A stretch of DNA of 64,000 bases from Dehalococcoidia bacterium (GTDB taxonomy: Bacteria > Chloroflexota > Dehalococcoidia > Lucifugimonadales > QGNO01): NCBI GenBank assembly GCA_965249115.1, contig CBDFLI010000001.1:282908-346907 (forward strand). The letters are read 5' to 3'. Positions 9,875 to 19,565 of the stretch are shown here, piece by piece. Position 1 is the first letter of the stretch; every line of letters starts with the position of its first letter. The notes beneath the pieces were generated by a model. It made no database searches and was not told where the DNA came from. It was given only the letters and a program-made list of their open reading frames with translations. The translations under genes were made by a program, and so were the position numbers.

Positions 9875-10165
9875 CTACGCTGGCTTCAACGCGTTGACCT
9901 TGGCACGGGTGGCTTCTATGTCCTTGTAGAACTCGTAGTTGATGGGGATCCACTCCTTCCATTGCTCTGGAGTGTCCTCTTCGGCGAAGATGGCGTTGAC
10001 GGGACAAACGGGTTCGCAGGCTGCGCAATCTATACACTCGTCGGGATGTATGTACAGTATCCTGTCTGCCTCGTCTTCCATACCGTAGATGCAGTCCACC
10101 GGGCATACATCCACACACGCAAGGTCTTTTACATCCACGCACGGCTCGGCGATGATATATGTCAT
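9875..10165 (-). CDS. fdxA: 7Fe-type ferredoxin (FdxA-like)
   Basis: [27 protein letters not shown]...[29 protein letters not shown] before ATG 10165. Confidence 0.85.
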   Translation of the reverse strand: MTYIIAEPCVDVKDLACVDVCPVDCIYGMEDEADRILYIHPDECIDCAACEPVCPVNAIFAEEDTPEQWKEWIPINYEFYKDIEATRAKVNALKPA

Positions 10166-10265
10166 CCCAACTCCTCCTGTTCTGGTGGCGAGGTCTGCCA
10201 ACGACTTCGATGGCCTCATCCTACCATACTAGCATAGGGGGCTTTTACTGTTTTGACAATGCATG

Positions 10266-11741
10266 CTAGCTACCGTTTGACAGGCGTCCCACGGCCTGTT
10301 TCAGCCGTCGCAGCACCCGGTCTCTTCCGACTGCGGCCAGGGTATCGAACAGAGGTGGAGCGGCGGAGCTGCCTGTAACCGCCACGCGGACTGCGCCAAA
10401 GAGCTCCCGTGTCTTGAGTTGCAGCTCCTCTGCCAGGGGTCGGAGGACCCCCTCCAGGGTCTGCGCGTCAAAGCTGGACAGGGGTTTCAGCGCCTCGGTC
10501 GTCGCTTCCAGGGCGGCGGTGGTGGCGGTCCTGTCCATTCCCTTGGGGACCAGGTCGTCCGTTTCGTATTCCAGGTCGTCGACAAGGAAGAAGGAACTCA
10601 GGCCCCACACCTCATCAGGCTTCAGGGTTTTGAGCCTGTCCTGAACAAGGGGGATAATTCCGCGCAGGTAGTCGGTGTCCAGGGTCTTGCCACGGTTTTC
10701 CATAAAGGGGGCCACGGCTTTGGCCATCAGGGCCGCCAACTCATCCTCAGCGAGTTGGCGCAGGTACACGCCGTTCATCCAGGTCAGCTTGTCCATGTCG
10801 AATATCGCGCTAGACTTGCCGACCCTCTCCAGGGAGAAGTTGTCTATCAGGTCTGAACGGGACATCAGTTCGGTCTTGTCGTCAAGTGACCAGCCCAGCA
10901 ACACCAGGAAATTCAGCATGGCCTGGGGCAGGAAGCCTTCATCCCTGTAATCCAGGAGAGAGGTGGCGCCGTGGCGCTTGGAGAGCTTGGAGCGGTCACG
11001 TCCCAACAGCATGGGCAGGTGTCCAAAGATGGGAGGCTCAAACCCCAGCGCCGCGTACAGCAGGACGTGCCGTGGCGTGCTGGGCAGCCACTCTTCAGCC
11101 CGTAGGACGTGGCTGATACGCATTGCGTGGTCGTCCACCACGTTGGCCAGGTGGTACGTCGGGTAGCCGTCCGACTTGAGCATAACGAAGTCGTCCAGGG
11201 CCGAAAGCTCAAAGGTGACGTCGCCCCGGATGACGTCGTGAACGGTGACCGGGTCGCCGTCCAGGGGTGTCATGTACCGCACGACATGTGGAAGGTTCTC
11301 CCTGGCGCTCCGTTGTTCCGGGGTGAGAAACCGACAGCGGCGGTCGTAGCCGGGAGGTTCCCGGCGGAGCTGCTGTTGCTTGCGCATCTCCGCCAGCTCC
11401 TCCGGCGTGCAGTAGCAGTAGTAGGCGTTGCCGTCCCGGACCAGGCGTTCCACTTCGCTGTGATACAGGTCCAGCCTCTCGGACTGGAGGTAGGGGCCGT
11501 AGGGGCCGCCTGTACGCGGGCCCTCGTCCCAGTCCAGGCCAAGCCATTCCAGCGACTCCAGTATGGTCTCCAGGGCGCCTTCCACGGTCCTGGCCTGGTC
11601 CGTGTCTTCTATGCGCAGGATAAACTTGCCGCCCGTATGGCGGGCAAACAACCAGTTGAACAACGCAGACCTGATGTTGCCCACGTGCGGGTCGCCTGTG
11701 GGGCTGGGTGCGTAGCGTACGCGAACTGCCTGGTTTTTCAT
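10266..11741 (-). CDS. gltX: Glutamate--tRNA ligase
   Basis: 491 aa: VRVRYAPSPTGDPHVGNIRSALFNWLFARHTGGKFILRIEDTD (HIGH-type motif) and KLSKRHG (KMSKS). Confidence 0.95.
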   Translation of the reverse strand: MKNQAVRVRYAPSPTGDPHVGNIRSALFNWLFARHTGGKFILRIEDTDQARTVEGALETILESLEWLGLDWDEGPRTGGPYGPYLQSERLDLYHSEVERLVRDGNAYYCYCTPEELAEMRKQQQLRREPPGYDRRCRFLTPEQRSARENLPHVVRYMTPLDGDPVTVHDVIRGDVTFELSALDDFVMLKSDGYPTYHLANVVDDHAMRISHVLRAEEWLPSTPRHVLLYAALGFEPPIFGHLPMLLGRDRSKLSKRHGATSLLDYRDEGFLPQAMLNFLVLLGWSLDDKTELMSRSDLIDNFSLERVGKSSAIFDMDKLTWMNGVYLRQLAEDELAALMAKAVAPFMENRGKTLDTDYLRGIIPLVQDRLKTLKPDEVWGLSSFFLVDDLEYETDDLVPKGMDRTATTAALEATTEALKPLSSFDAQTLEGVLRPLAEELQLKTRELFGAVRVAVTGSSAAPPLFDTLAAVGRDRVLRRLKQAVGRLSNGS

Positions 11742-12004
11742 ATCATAATGGCCACATCGTCATTGAGGATTCTAACACTTCTTCAACTGATACTTGTTCA
11801 ACCAGGGGGCGGCCGGATCCATCCACGTCCAGCCTCACAAGGGCGGCCGCTGCCTGAATACGACTGATTAAGGCAAATTGCCGACATATCGTAGTAGCTT
11901 GGCACGTAGCTTGGTTGGAAAAGTAGCGTTGTTTACGTATAATGGCCATAATTTCGGGCCTGGGCTCCCGAAGAGGGCCTGAGTCCGCGGAACGGAGGTG
12001 TCCA

Positions 12005-12346
12005 ATGGTAAAGCACCGCAACCCAATTATGGTCATAGTCCTGTTTATCATAACCTTCGGGATCTATGGCCTGTACTGGGTCTACTCCACTTCAGACGAG
12101 CTGATACGGCTTACCAATAAGAACGCCAGCGCGGTGTTGTGGCTTGTGTTGGCCCTGATCCCTATCCTCAACCTAATCACCATCTGGTACCATTCCCAGG
12201 CGGTGACAGAGGTATCCAAGATGGAGGGACGGGAAGGTGGGGGCATTAATGGCGTTCTGCTTTTCATTATATGGCTGATTTTCTGGCCGATAGCGATATT
12301 CATCAGCCAGCAAGAGCTAAACCGCCATGCATCCGCGTCCTCATGA
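12005..12346 (+). CDS. DUF4234-like small membrane protein (paralog 1)
   Basis: MVKHRNPIMVIVLFIITFGIYGLYWVYSTSDEL. GGAGG RBS. TTGGAA-N17-TATAAT promoter-like element about 80 nt upstream. Confidence 0.6.
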   Translation: MVKHRNPIMVIVLFIITFGIYGLYWVYSTSDELIRLTNKNASAVLWLVLALIPILNLITIWYHSQAVTEVSKMEGREGGGINGVLLFIIWLIFWPIAIFISQQELNRHASASS

Positions 12347-12400
12347 CCGCTGTCGAGTTGTGGCCGTCTCAGGGTAAGCGGGGCTAATGCGGAGACTGTT

Positions 12401-12787
12401 ATGGTGAAGCACCGGAACCTGTTAGCGGTACTGGTCCTGCCCGCCGTAACCCTTGGAATCTACGGGTTGTACTGGTTCTACCGCACCTCTGATGAGATGG
12501 TCCGCTTGACTGAATCGGACGAGAACCCCCTGGCGTGGTTGATCATGGCACTGATACCCGTGCTCAACGTGGTTGCGATATGGAACCAGGCCAAGGCCGT
12601 GGAGCGGTTGTCCAAGCAAGGCGGCGCGGCGGGTTTCAGCGCAACCTTCATTTTCGTCCTTTGGGTTATACCCCCGCTGGCAATGCTCGTCATTCAGGCG
12701 GAGCTGAACGCGCGGGCCCATCCGACGACGGACAAGACGCAAGAGTTGCAAGCGCTGTCTCCAGGTCCGGAGGTAGCGGGGACGTAA
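12401..12787 (+). CDS. DUF4234-like small membrane protein (paralog 2)
   Basis: MVKHRNLLAVLVLPAVTLGIYGLYWFYRTSDEM. Clear paralog of 12005..12346. Its tail overlaps the rluD 3' end. Confidence 0.6.
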   Translation: MVKHRNLLAVLVLPAVTLGIYGLYWFYRTSDEMVRLTESDENPLAWLIMALIPVLNVVAIWNQAKAVERLSKQGGAAGFSATFIFVLWVIPPLAMLVIQAELNARAHPTTDKTQELQALSPGPEVAGT

Positions 12788-13634
12788 GCTCGACGTACCG
12801 GCCTGTGGGTGGCAACTGGAACCCCAGCCGATGGGCGTGTAGGAACTGGCGCTTCAGAAATGGCACGCGTCCCCCATATTTAGCGTCTCCGGCGACGGGG
12901 TGACCGATAGCTGATAGGTGGACCCTGATCTGGTGGGTCCGTCCGGTGTGAGGTCTAACCTCCAGCAAGCCGAACTCTCCCAACGTCCGCAGGGTGCGGT
13001 ATTCCGTTGTGGACGCGCGCCCCCCTTCCACGATGCCCATGCGCTGTCGGGAGCGGGGGTCTCGGGCTATGGGCGCCTCAATCCTGCCCTGGGATGGTCG
13101 GGGCTGTCCCCGCACCAGGGTAAGATAGACCTTTGTGATGGTGCGGTCTTTGATCTGTTTCTGAAGACTCTGGTAGGCGGCGGGTGTCCTGGCTACCATG
13201 ATGAGTCCTGACGTATCGGCATCCAGCCTGTGGACAATGCCCGGGCGCAACCGGTCTCCCACACCTCTCAGTTCCGGATACCGCGCCAGGAGTGCGTTGG
13301 CCAGGGTGCCGCCGGGGTGCCCCGGAGCCGGGTGCACCGTGAGTCCGGCCGGCTTGTCCACCACCACCACGTGGTCGTCTTCGTACACTATGCTCAGAGG
13401 TAGTGGCTCCGGAGTCGGATCAGCCGGAGCTGCGTCGGTGGCTGATAACCGTATGCGGTCCCCCTTGTGTAAGCGGGTGGACGGCCTGGAGGTGGAGCCG
13501 TTGACCAGGACCTGTCCGTTGCGTATCAGCGTCTGTGCCTGGCCACGGGTAAGACCCTCTTTCAGGCCCGCCAAATACACGTCCAAACGCTTTTCTTCCT
13601 GGTCAGTCACCTCGAAGGTGGATGAGTCGCTCAA
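12690..13634 (-). CDS. rluD: 23S rRNA pseudouridine synthase, RluD family
   Basis: S4 domain (RLDVYLA...RGQAQTLIRNGQVLVNG) plus catalytic HRLDADTSGLIMVART. Confidence 0.9.
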   Translation of the reverse strand: MSDSSTFEVTDQEEKRLDVYLAGLKEGLTRGQAQTLIRNGQVLVNGSTSRPSTRLHKGDRIRLSATDAAPADPTPEPLPLSIVYEDDHVVVVDKPAGLTVHPAPGHPGGTLANALLARYPELRGVGDRLRPGIVHRLDADTSGLIMVARTPAAYQSLQKQIKDRTITKVYLTLVRGQPRPSQGRIEAPIARDPRSRQRMGIVEGGRASTTEYRTLRTLGEFGLLEVRPHTGRTHQIRVHLSAIGHPVAGDAKYGGRVPFLKRQFLHAHRLGFQLPPTGRYVELTSPLPPDLETALATLASCPSSDGPARSAPPE

Positions 13635-14458
13635 ACCGGCCCTTCAGGCTCAGGCGCCTCGTCCGTTGCGGGAGGTCCTTCATCACCGGCGCGTCTCTTG
13701 GAAGGGCTGTAGAGCATCCAGGCCAGTATGATGATCCCAACAACAATGGACGAGTCGGCCAGGTTGAAGATGGGCCATGGCCCCACGTCAATGAAGTCGG
13801 TCACCTCCCCCAGTGTCAGCCGGTCCGCCAGGTTCCCGATGGCGCCTCCAAGCTGTAACCCCAGGCTGGTCCGAAGCCAGATCCCCCGGTCCGATTGCTT
13901 GCGGAAGAATATCAGGAGTATGCCTATTCCCAATATCGAGGCCAGCATGAGGACGAAGGTCTGGTCGGGGAACAGGCCAAAGGCGCTGCCGCTATTGGAT
14001 ATGTGGGTGATCCTGAAGAACCCCTCATCGGGTATGGAACGGCCGGGCAGCAGGTTGCCCCGCACCCAGCTCTTGGACAGCTGGTCCAATATGAAGACGG
14101 TTACTATCAGGCCTGCCAGGTACATGTCCGCCAGCCAGGCGGCGCGGTTTGAAGAGATCGGGGCGGGCCTGCTATCCCCAGGGGCTTCGTCTTCTTCCAG
14201 GCCGGCAGGACCTTCCTCCTTTTCTTGAGGGGGACTGGGCGTTTCTTGAGGGAGACCGGGCGTTTCAGCAGAGGGACCAGCGTCTGCGCCCTGCTCTATA
14301 GATATAATGGGGCCCGCCATGTCGGGAGGGACACCGCCAACGTTGCCTGGTGCGTCGCCCTCCGGTTTCAGTCCCGCGGATGCCAAGGGCTCTTCCGGGA
14401 GTGGAGTCTCCCCGGGGGCTACGCTACGCTCTTGTTCCGGGTCCTCACGGTGCTGCAC
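13631..14458 (-). CDS. lspA: Lipoprotein signal peptidase II, with possible ~110-aa Pro/Glu-rich N-terminal extension
   Basis: Core LDQLSKSWV...ISNSGSAFGLF...GGAIGNLADR...VTDFIDVGPWPIFNLADSSI. ATGA overlap with rluD. Alternative start M112 at 14125. Confidence 0.85.
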   Translation of the reverse strand: MQHREDPEQERSVAPGETPLPEEPLASAGLKPEGDAPGNVGGVPPDMAGPIISIEQGADAGPSAETPGLPQETPSPPQEKEEGPAGLEEDEAPGDSRPAPISSNRAAWLADMYLAGLIVTVFILDQLSKSWVRGNLLPGRSIPDEGFFRITHISNSGSAFGLFPDQTFVLMLASILGIGILLIFFRKQSDRGIWLRTSLGLQLGGAIGNLADRLTLGEVTDFIDVGPWPIFNLADSSIVVGIIILAWMLYSPSKRRAGDEGPPATDEAPEPEGPV

Positions 14459-14635
14459 CTGTGTACCTACCTCTGTGTCAACCTGCTCTTAGCCAGTCTA
14501 ACATACCCAGTCGTAGCTATTCCAAAGCACCTTATTTGTCCACCGTTGACCACGGTCGGTTTAGCCTTGACATCCCACTGTGGGTGTCGGAGCATTGTGG
14601 CCTGCCCCTATCTTGGCTTCATAGGAGGGAAGGAG

Positions 14636-16123
14636 ATGGCAACAAAGCGTGCTGACGTACTGGTAACGGGTGGCCTGTTGGTTTCTGGACGGGGCATCAG
14701 CCGTTCCGATGTCCTGATATCCGACGGCAAGGTCCGGGAGATTGCCAATGACCTCTCGGGAAGGCCTGCCCGAAAGACCATAGATGCCACTGGCAAATAC
14801 GTGTTGCCCGGTGGCATCGACTCCCATGCCCACCCCATCTACGCCGATAAGATGGACACCTACTCTATCTGCGCGGTATATGGCGGAGTGACCACCGTAA
14901 TTCCTTTCATTGGGTCCGAGACTCACCGCCACGAGATGTTCGGCAACCAATGGGGTGTCAGGGAGAACAACCCCGACATAGTAAAGGGCTTTATCGAGTA
15001 CGGAGAGGAAGCCTCCTACACCGACTTCGCGATACACGGCCTCATCACCATGCGCGACCACGACACCATCGACAAGGTCATCCCCGAGCTTATCGGCCTA
15101 GGAGCCATCTCCTTCAAGATGTTCATGACCTGGAACCCGTGGACGCTGGACTCCCGTACCAACCTGCTGGCGATACCGGACGAGCTTGTGATGCGCGTCA
15201 TGGACCTGGCAGCCCATGACGGTGGTATGGCTATGGTCCACGCCGAGAACGGGTGCTGTAAGGCCTACCTGGAGACCAGGTTCCGGTCGGAAGGCAAGGT
15301 TTCAGCAGCGCACTACCTGGATGCGGCGCCCAACATCCTCGAGTCCGAGGCGGTGAACAGGGCCGCTACCATGGCTACCCTTACCGGCTCTCCTCTATAC
15401 CCCGTCCACCTGAGCACCCACGAGGTGGTGCCCGTCCTGGACCACTATAAGGACAGGGGCCTTCCCCTGTACGCCGAGACCTGTCCTCACTACCTGGAGC
15501 TGACCAATAACGACCTGCTTCAGCAGGGATACCTACTCAAGGTGGCGCCCCCACTGCGTCAGGAAGAGGACAAGGAGGCCATGTGGAGGGGCCTGGCCAG
15601 TGGGACGCTGAGCACCATAGGTAGCGACTACACGGGATACACCCGCATGTTGAAGCTGACCGGACGGATGGAAGGCGATGCCAGGGAGCCTGAGCCAGGC
15701 CGGGAGAATATCTTCGATATCGGCGCCGGTCTCACGACCCTGGAGTTCATGATGCCCGTGGTCTGGACCCACGGCGTCAACACCGGCCGAATCACCATGC
15801 CTCGGTTCGTCGAGCTGTTCTGCGAGAACCCGGCCAAGATATTCGGTATCTATCCCCAGAAGGGTATCATCCAGCCCGGCTCCGACGCCGACCTGGTGCT
15901 GTGGGACCCCACCAAGGCCCATACGGTGGATGATGAGCACGGCAACAGCGACTTCTCCACATTCAAGGGCATGGAGTTGCTGGGCATGCCGGTACTGGCC
16001 ATGTTGCGCGGCGAGGTAGTCCTGGAAGACGGTACGCTGGTCGGCAAGCGAGGCAACGCGAGGTACGTCCCCGGCGACCCCAACGCCACCGCCTACGCGC
16101 CCGGCGGCCCGGAGGCACGGTAG
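14636..16123 (+). CDS. Dihydropyrimidinase/D-hydantoinase-family cyclic amidohydrolase
   Basis: MATKRADVLVTGGLLVSG...VLPGGIDSHAHP...ISFKMFMTW...MVHAENG...GSDADLVLWDP. GGAGGGAAGGAG RBS. The upstream 137 codons of the track ORF were rejected. Confidence 0.8.
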   Translation: MATKRADVLVTGGLLVSGRGISRSDVLISDGKVREIANDLSGRPARKTIDATGKYVLPGGIDSHAHPIYADKMDTYSICAVYGGVTTVIPFIGSETHRHEMFGNQWGVRENNPDIVKGFIEYGEEASYTDFAIHGLITMRDHDTIDKVIPELIGLGAISFKMFMTWNPWTLDSRTNLLAIPDELVMRVMDLAAHDGGMAMVHAENGCCKAYLETRFRSEGKVSAAHYLDAAPNILESEAVNRAATMATLTGSPLYPVHLSTHEVVPVLDHYKDRGLPLYAETCPHYLELTNNDLLQQGYLLKVAPPLRQEEDKEAMWRGLASGTLSTIGSDYTGYTRMLKLTGRMEGDAREPEPGRENIFDIGAGLTTLEFMMPVVWTHGVNTGRITMPRFVELFCENPAKIFGIYPQKGIIQPGSDADLVLWDPTKAHTVDDEHGNSDFSTFKGMELLGMPVLAMLRGEVVLEDGTLVGKRGNARYVPGDPNATAYAPGGPEAR

Positions 16124-16336
16124 GGTGGAATGGATGGCTTGTCTCTAGGGGTAATGTGATCCCAATTTGCTTTCCATGATCCTGGCTGATTTTGGTACTG
16201 ACACAGAAGAAAGCCTGCGCCGCCGACTTATCCTTGGCCTAACCCAGTTGTAATTCTTTCTAGGTTACCTGGGTCCTCTTGACGAATGTTGTGACGAGTG
16301 TTACACTTGTATCGAGATAATGCTCGGAAGTTTAAC

Positions 16337-16858
16337 ATGGTACCAACAATTCGCATTGACGATAAAGTTATGGAAAAGCTCAAGGATTTGGCAGTTGAGC
16401 ACGGTGTTATTTTCGGGAGTCCGAACGAGGTTTTGAGGAAAGTCTTCAGACTCGATGAGATGAGCAATACTGAAATTGGGGATGCCATGCTTCACGAACA
16501 ACAGAGCTTTACCGGATACCCAGTAAGTACGAATCCGCAACTTCAAACTTTGCTCAATCAGCTACGGCCAGAGCTTTCGACCTTAACGCAGCGTTTCGAG
16601 CAAGATAGTGTGGGACGGCATGTTTCCAGACCAGAGAACTTTGTAACAATCAAAGTTCAAGAACGCGTGCAAGACTTAGCATTCACTGTATATGGACGTC
16701 TGGAGGACTTTATGGACATAAGAGTTTCTTTTGAGATGAAGCCATACAGATCCTCATATTATTCAAGTTTCAAAATAAACCATGTTGATCAAATCTCTGA
16801 TGCAGTGAAGATAATACGAAGGGCACGGCAACTGAGGCAAAACAGAGGACGGCGATGA
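16337..16858 (+). CDS. Hypothetical protein in a low-GC islet
   Basis: The only ORF in a clearly AT-richer ~750-bp patch. The N-terminus MVPTIRIDDKVMEKLKDLAVEHG looks RHH-like. The C-terminal NFVTIKVQERVQDLAFTVYG...ISDAVKIIRRA is reminiscent of DUF5655-type domains (weak recall). Confidence 0.4.
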   Translation: MVPTIRIDDKVMEKLKDLAVEHGVIFGSPNEVLRKVFRLDEMSNTEIGDAMLHEQQSFTGYPVSTNPQLQTLLNQLRPELSTLTQRFEQDSVGRHVSRPENFVTIKVQERVQDLAFTVYGRLEDFMDIRVSFEMKPYRSSYYSSFKINHVDQISDAVKIIRRARQLRQNRGRR

Positions 16859-16897
16859 CTACGGCAAACGTCCTGAGACTAACTAGTTTCTTTTACC

Positions 16898-18892
16898 TCA
16901 GCCCGCTGCGTCTTCCAGGCTGACGAGGCCCTGGCTGACCAGCCCCTGGAAGAGCTTTAGGATGTGGCCGGGCTCTAGGTCGAAGTCAAACTCCGCGCCA
17001 ATGGCCTCGGCTATCTCGTTTACGGTGCGTTGTCCATCCACATAGTTCCACAGTTCGTCACCAATGATGCGCAGCGAGTCGTATTTCATCTTGGAGTCTC
17101 TGGTATGCATCTCCTCGGCCATTTGGACAAGTTCGAAGTAGCTGGTCCCCGCTAGACCTGGTGCATCCCGCTCCGCCAAACGCCTGGGCACCGCCTTGCC
17201 GGGACCGAACTCCTGGGCACCGTTTTCACTTTCTGGGAGCCAGGTCAACACCTGCTCCAGCTTGTCTCCGATCTCTTTTTGTAGTTGCTGGTTTGTGTTT
17301 GCCAGGTCTCCGTGCTCGGTGATCTCCTCGGGGTCGGCCAGCACCAGCGCCGATGCCACGGCCTGCTGGTCCCGCTTGGCTATGTGGGTAAGGCGTCTCC
17401 GTGCCGTCGGTGAGTCTGCGGAGCGCCGGGCATCCAGGGCGATGCGACTCAGTCGCAACTGGCTGCGGGCCGCTACCTCCCGCATTATGTCCTGGGCCTC
17501 GTCCGGGCCCGCGTACGCCAGTTCCAGGGCCGCCAGCGCCGTGGTTATGCCGCAGCGACGGAACACCATCGGGTCCAGCATGTCGGCGGTGAGGAGGTTG
17601 GAGTGGAAGTAGATGTCCGGCCAGGACATCAGCAGGGGAGATGGTATCCCAAACGCAGGGTAGTACTTGTTGTCGCTCCACGGGGTGTAGGGAAGGTCGG
17701 TGAAATTGACGAAAGGTATCCTGTCCCCGTGGCTGAAGACCCATCTGGTCTCCTTGGGCGTCGCATCCATGAGACCGACGTAGTAGTCGTTTATGAACGA
17801 GGGCACCGAGTCCGGTGAATGGTAGTAGAGAAGGGCCGACTTGCTCTTGGGCTGGTTGTGGCCCACGCTGTCCAACGCTATCACCACCACGGTCCGCTGG
17901 ATTTCCGAAGGGTGGTTGTGGATGTAGTTCTTGGTTCCGTGGCCCTCCACGTTTACGAGGAAGCGGATGGTGCGCCTGGGCCTTGGTATGCGGCCGTTGG
18001 AGATAAGCGTGGATATGACGCGACCCATCTCCGCCATCAACGCCGGACCGGATGCGCAGTTGGCTCCGGGCTTGGTGCCCGATGTGGAGTGGGCCACAAA
18101 CTGTATGAATTCGTCGGCCTTATCTGTCCCGGTGATGTCCGCCAGCAGGTTTTGCGCCTCTCCCTTGAACGTCTTGGCCTGAATGTCAACCCACACCTTT
18201 GAGGGTTCCTGGCGGGCCAGCGACGCCAAACTCTCCGCCGCGTCGTAGTTCACAGCCATGCCCCAGATGCCGGGCCCTGAGATGCCGGGCTGGATGGAGG
18301 GCATGCGCAGAAGTTGTACCGGCTCAGGCAGCGACTCCCGCGTGCGGAACGGCGGCGTCTGGTAAAGGAGAGTGTCAGTGATTATTCCCACTGCCCCGTG
18401 CTCCCCGGCCAGGGTGGCGGCATGCCCGAAGCTTCCCGGCAGGTTCGTGCTTCTGACCAGGACCGCTTTGCCGCGCACGTCCTCCCTCTGGAAGTCGTCG
18501 GGGCGCTCCCCTGTGCCCACATCCACCAGGTCCAGAGTCACTCCACCTTCCGGGGTGGATGGTGTCCACCAGGGAAGACACGAAGGGGCGTCCTCATAGG
18601 ACACCAGAAGCTGGCCAGTAGGCGAGCCCACCCTTAGCTCGGCGCTCAACGGCTCCCAGGCCAGGGGCATAGCCTGGTCTAAGAACTTGGTCTCGCCGTC
18701 CAAGGGATATCTTTCCACCCACACCTCGTCCAGGTTATTGGACCGAAGCAGGTCGGCTACGAAGTCCGTGGCCCGGTGGTATCCGGAAGCTCCCGGCGAA
18801 CGGTAGAACTGGGTCATGTGGGTCGCCGACTCCAGGGCGCGTTCACCGGACAACTCCTGGTCCAGCAGCCTTATCAACTCTTGACGGTCCAT
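16898..18892 (-). CDS. M28/aminopeptidase-like (DUF4910-type) protein with PqqD/winged-helix-like C-terminal domain
   Basis: AAGGAG RBS before ATG 18892. N-terminus YRSPGASGYHRATDFVADLL. C-terminus ELWNYVDGQRTVNEIAEAIGAEFDFDLEPGHILKLFQGLVSQGLV. Confidence 0.55.
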   Translation of the reverse strand: MDRQELIRLLDQELSGERALESATHMTQFYRSPGASGYHRATDFVADLLRSNNLDEVWVERYPLDGETKFLDQAMPLAWEPLSAELRVGSPTGQLLVSYEDAPSCLPWWTPSTPEGGVTLDLVDVGTGERPDDFQREDVRGKAVLVRSTNLPGSFGHAATLAGEHGAVGIITDTLLYQTPPFRTRESLPEPVQLLRMPSIQPGISGPGIWGMAVNYDAAESLASLARQEPSKVWVDIQAKTFKGEAQNLLADITGTDKADEFIQFVAHSTSGTKPGANCASGPALMAEMGRVISTLISNGRIPRPRRTIRFLVNVEGHGTKNYIHNHPSEIQRTVVVIALDSVGHNQPKSKSALLYYHSPDSVPSFINDYYVGLMDATPKETRWVFSHGDRIPFVNFTDLPYTPWSDNKYYPAFGIPSPLLMSWPDIYFHSNLLTADMLDPMVFRRCGITTALAALELAYAGPDEAQDIMREVAARSQLRLSRIALDARRSADSPTARRRLTHIAKRDQQAVASALVLADPEEITEHGDLANTNQQLQKEIGDKLEQVLTWLPESENGAQEFGPGKAVPRRLAERDAPGLAGTSYFELVQMAEEMHTRDSKMKYDSLRIIGDELWNYVDGQRTVNEIAEAIGAEFDFDLEPGHILKLFQGLVSQGLVSLEDAAG

Positions 18893-18926
18893 GGCCAAAC
18901 TCCTTCCAATTTCCAAATGGGGTCAA

Positions 18927-19565
18927 TCAGAGGACTTCCCGTAAATAGTTCACTACTGTTGCCGCTGCCGTATCCTCCAGCCCGGTCCAGCTGTGGTCGC
19001 CCTGGCGTACCGTTTCCATCCTGGCGGGCGTCTGAAAGGCGGCCAGGCGCTCTTGAAGCTGGCTCGCGCCCACAAGCCGGTCACGTTCGCCCACCAGGAA
19101 CAGCCTGGGACGAGGGTCTTTACCCACCGACGAGCCGGCGAAGGAGGGCAGGGGCGGTGATATGAGGACCAGCGCTTTGGCGGCTTTGTACATCGATAGT
19201 TTCTTGAGTATGACCTGCGCGCCGAAGGAGTACCCAACCAGGGCCAGCCTGGCGCCGTCTATACCCGGCCACTGCCTGAAGATATCCAGACCTGCTGCCG
19301 CATCCAGGGCTTCGTGTTCTCCGTTTGAAAACTTACCCTCGCTGTCTCCCACGCCTCGAAAGTTGAACCGCAGGGAGGCCATTCCAGCACTGTCCAGGGC
19401 ACGCGCCAGGGCCGTGACTAGCGAATTGTGCATGCTGCCTCCGAACAGGGGGTGGGGATGGCACAGAACGGCACCAGGGAAAGGAGCCGTCGCTCCCTGG
19501 GGAGTGGATACGATACCCTCCAACGCGGTCCCTTTGCTTTTGAAGCCCACCGATGACTGTTGCAC
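18927..19565 (-). CDS. Alpha/beta hydrolase (COG2945-like)
   Basis: AVLCHPHPLFGGSMHNSLV...FNFRGVGDSEG...LVGYSFGA nucleophile elbow. Confidence 0.75.
   Translation of the reverse strand: MQQSSVGFKSKGTALEGIVSTPQGATAPFPGAVLCHPHPLFGGSMHNSLVTALARALDSAGMASLRFNFRGVGDSEGKFSNGEHEALDAAAGLDIFRQWPGIDGARLALVGYSFGAQVILKKLSMYKAAKALVLISPPLPSFAGSSVGKDPRPRLFLVGERDRLVGASQLQERLAAFQTPARMETVRQGDHSWTGLEDTAAATVVNYLREVL

Noticed and set aside
14225-14635. 137-codon upstream extension of the hydantoinase ORF
   Set aside because: It overlaps the lspA 5' region on the opposite strand. A strong RBS and a family-typical N-terminus begin at 14636.
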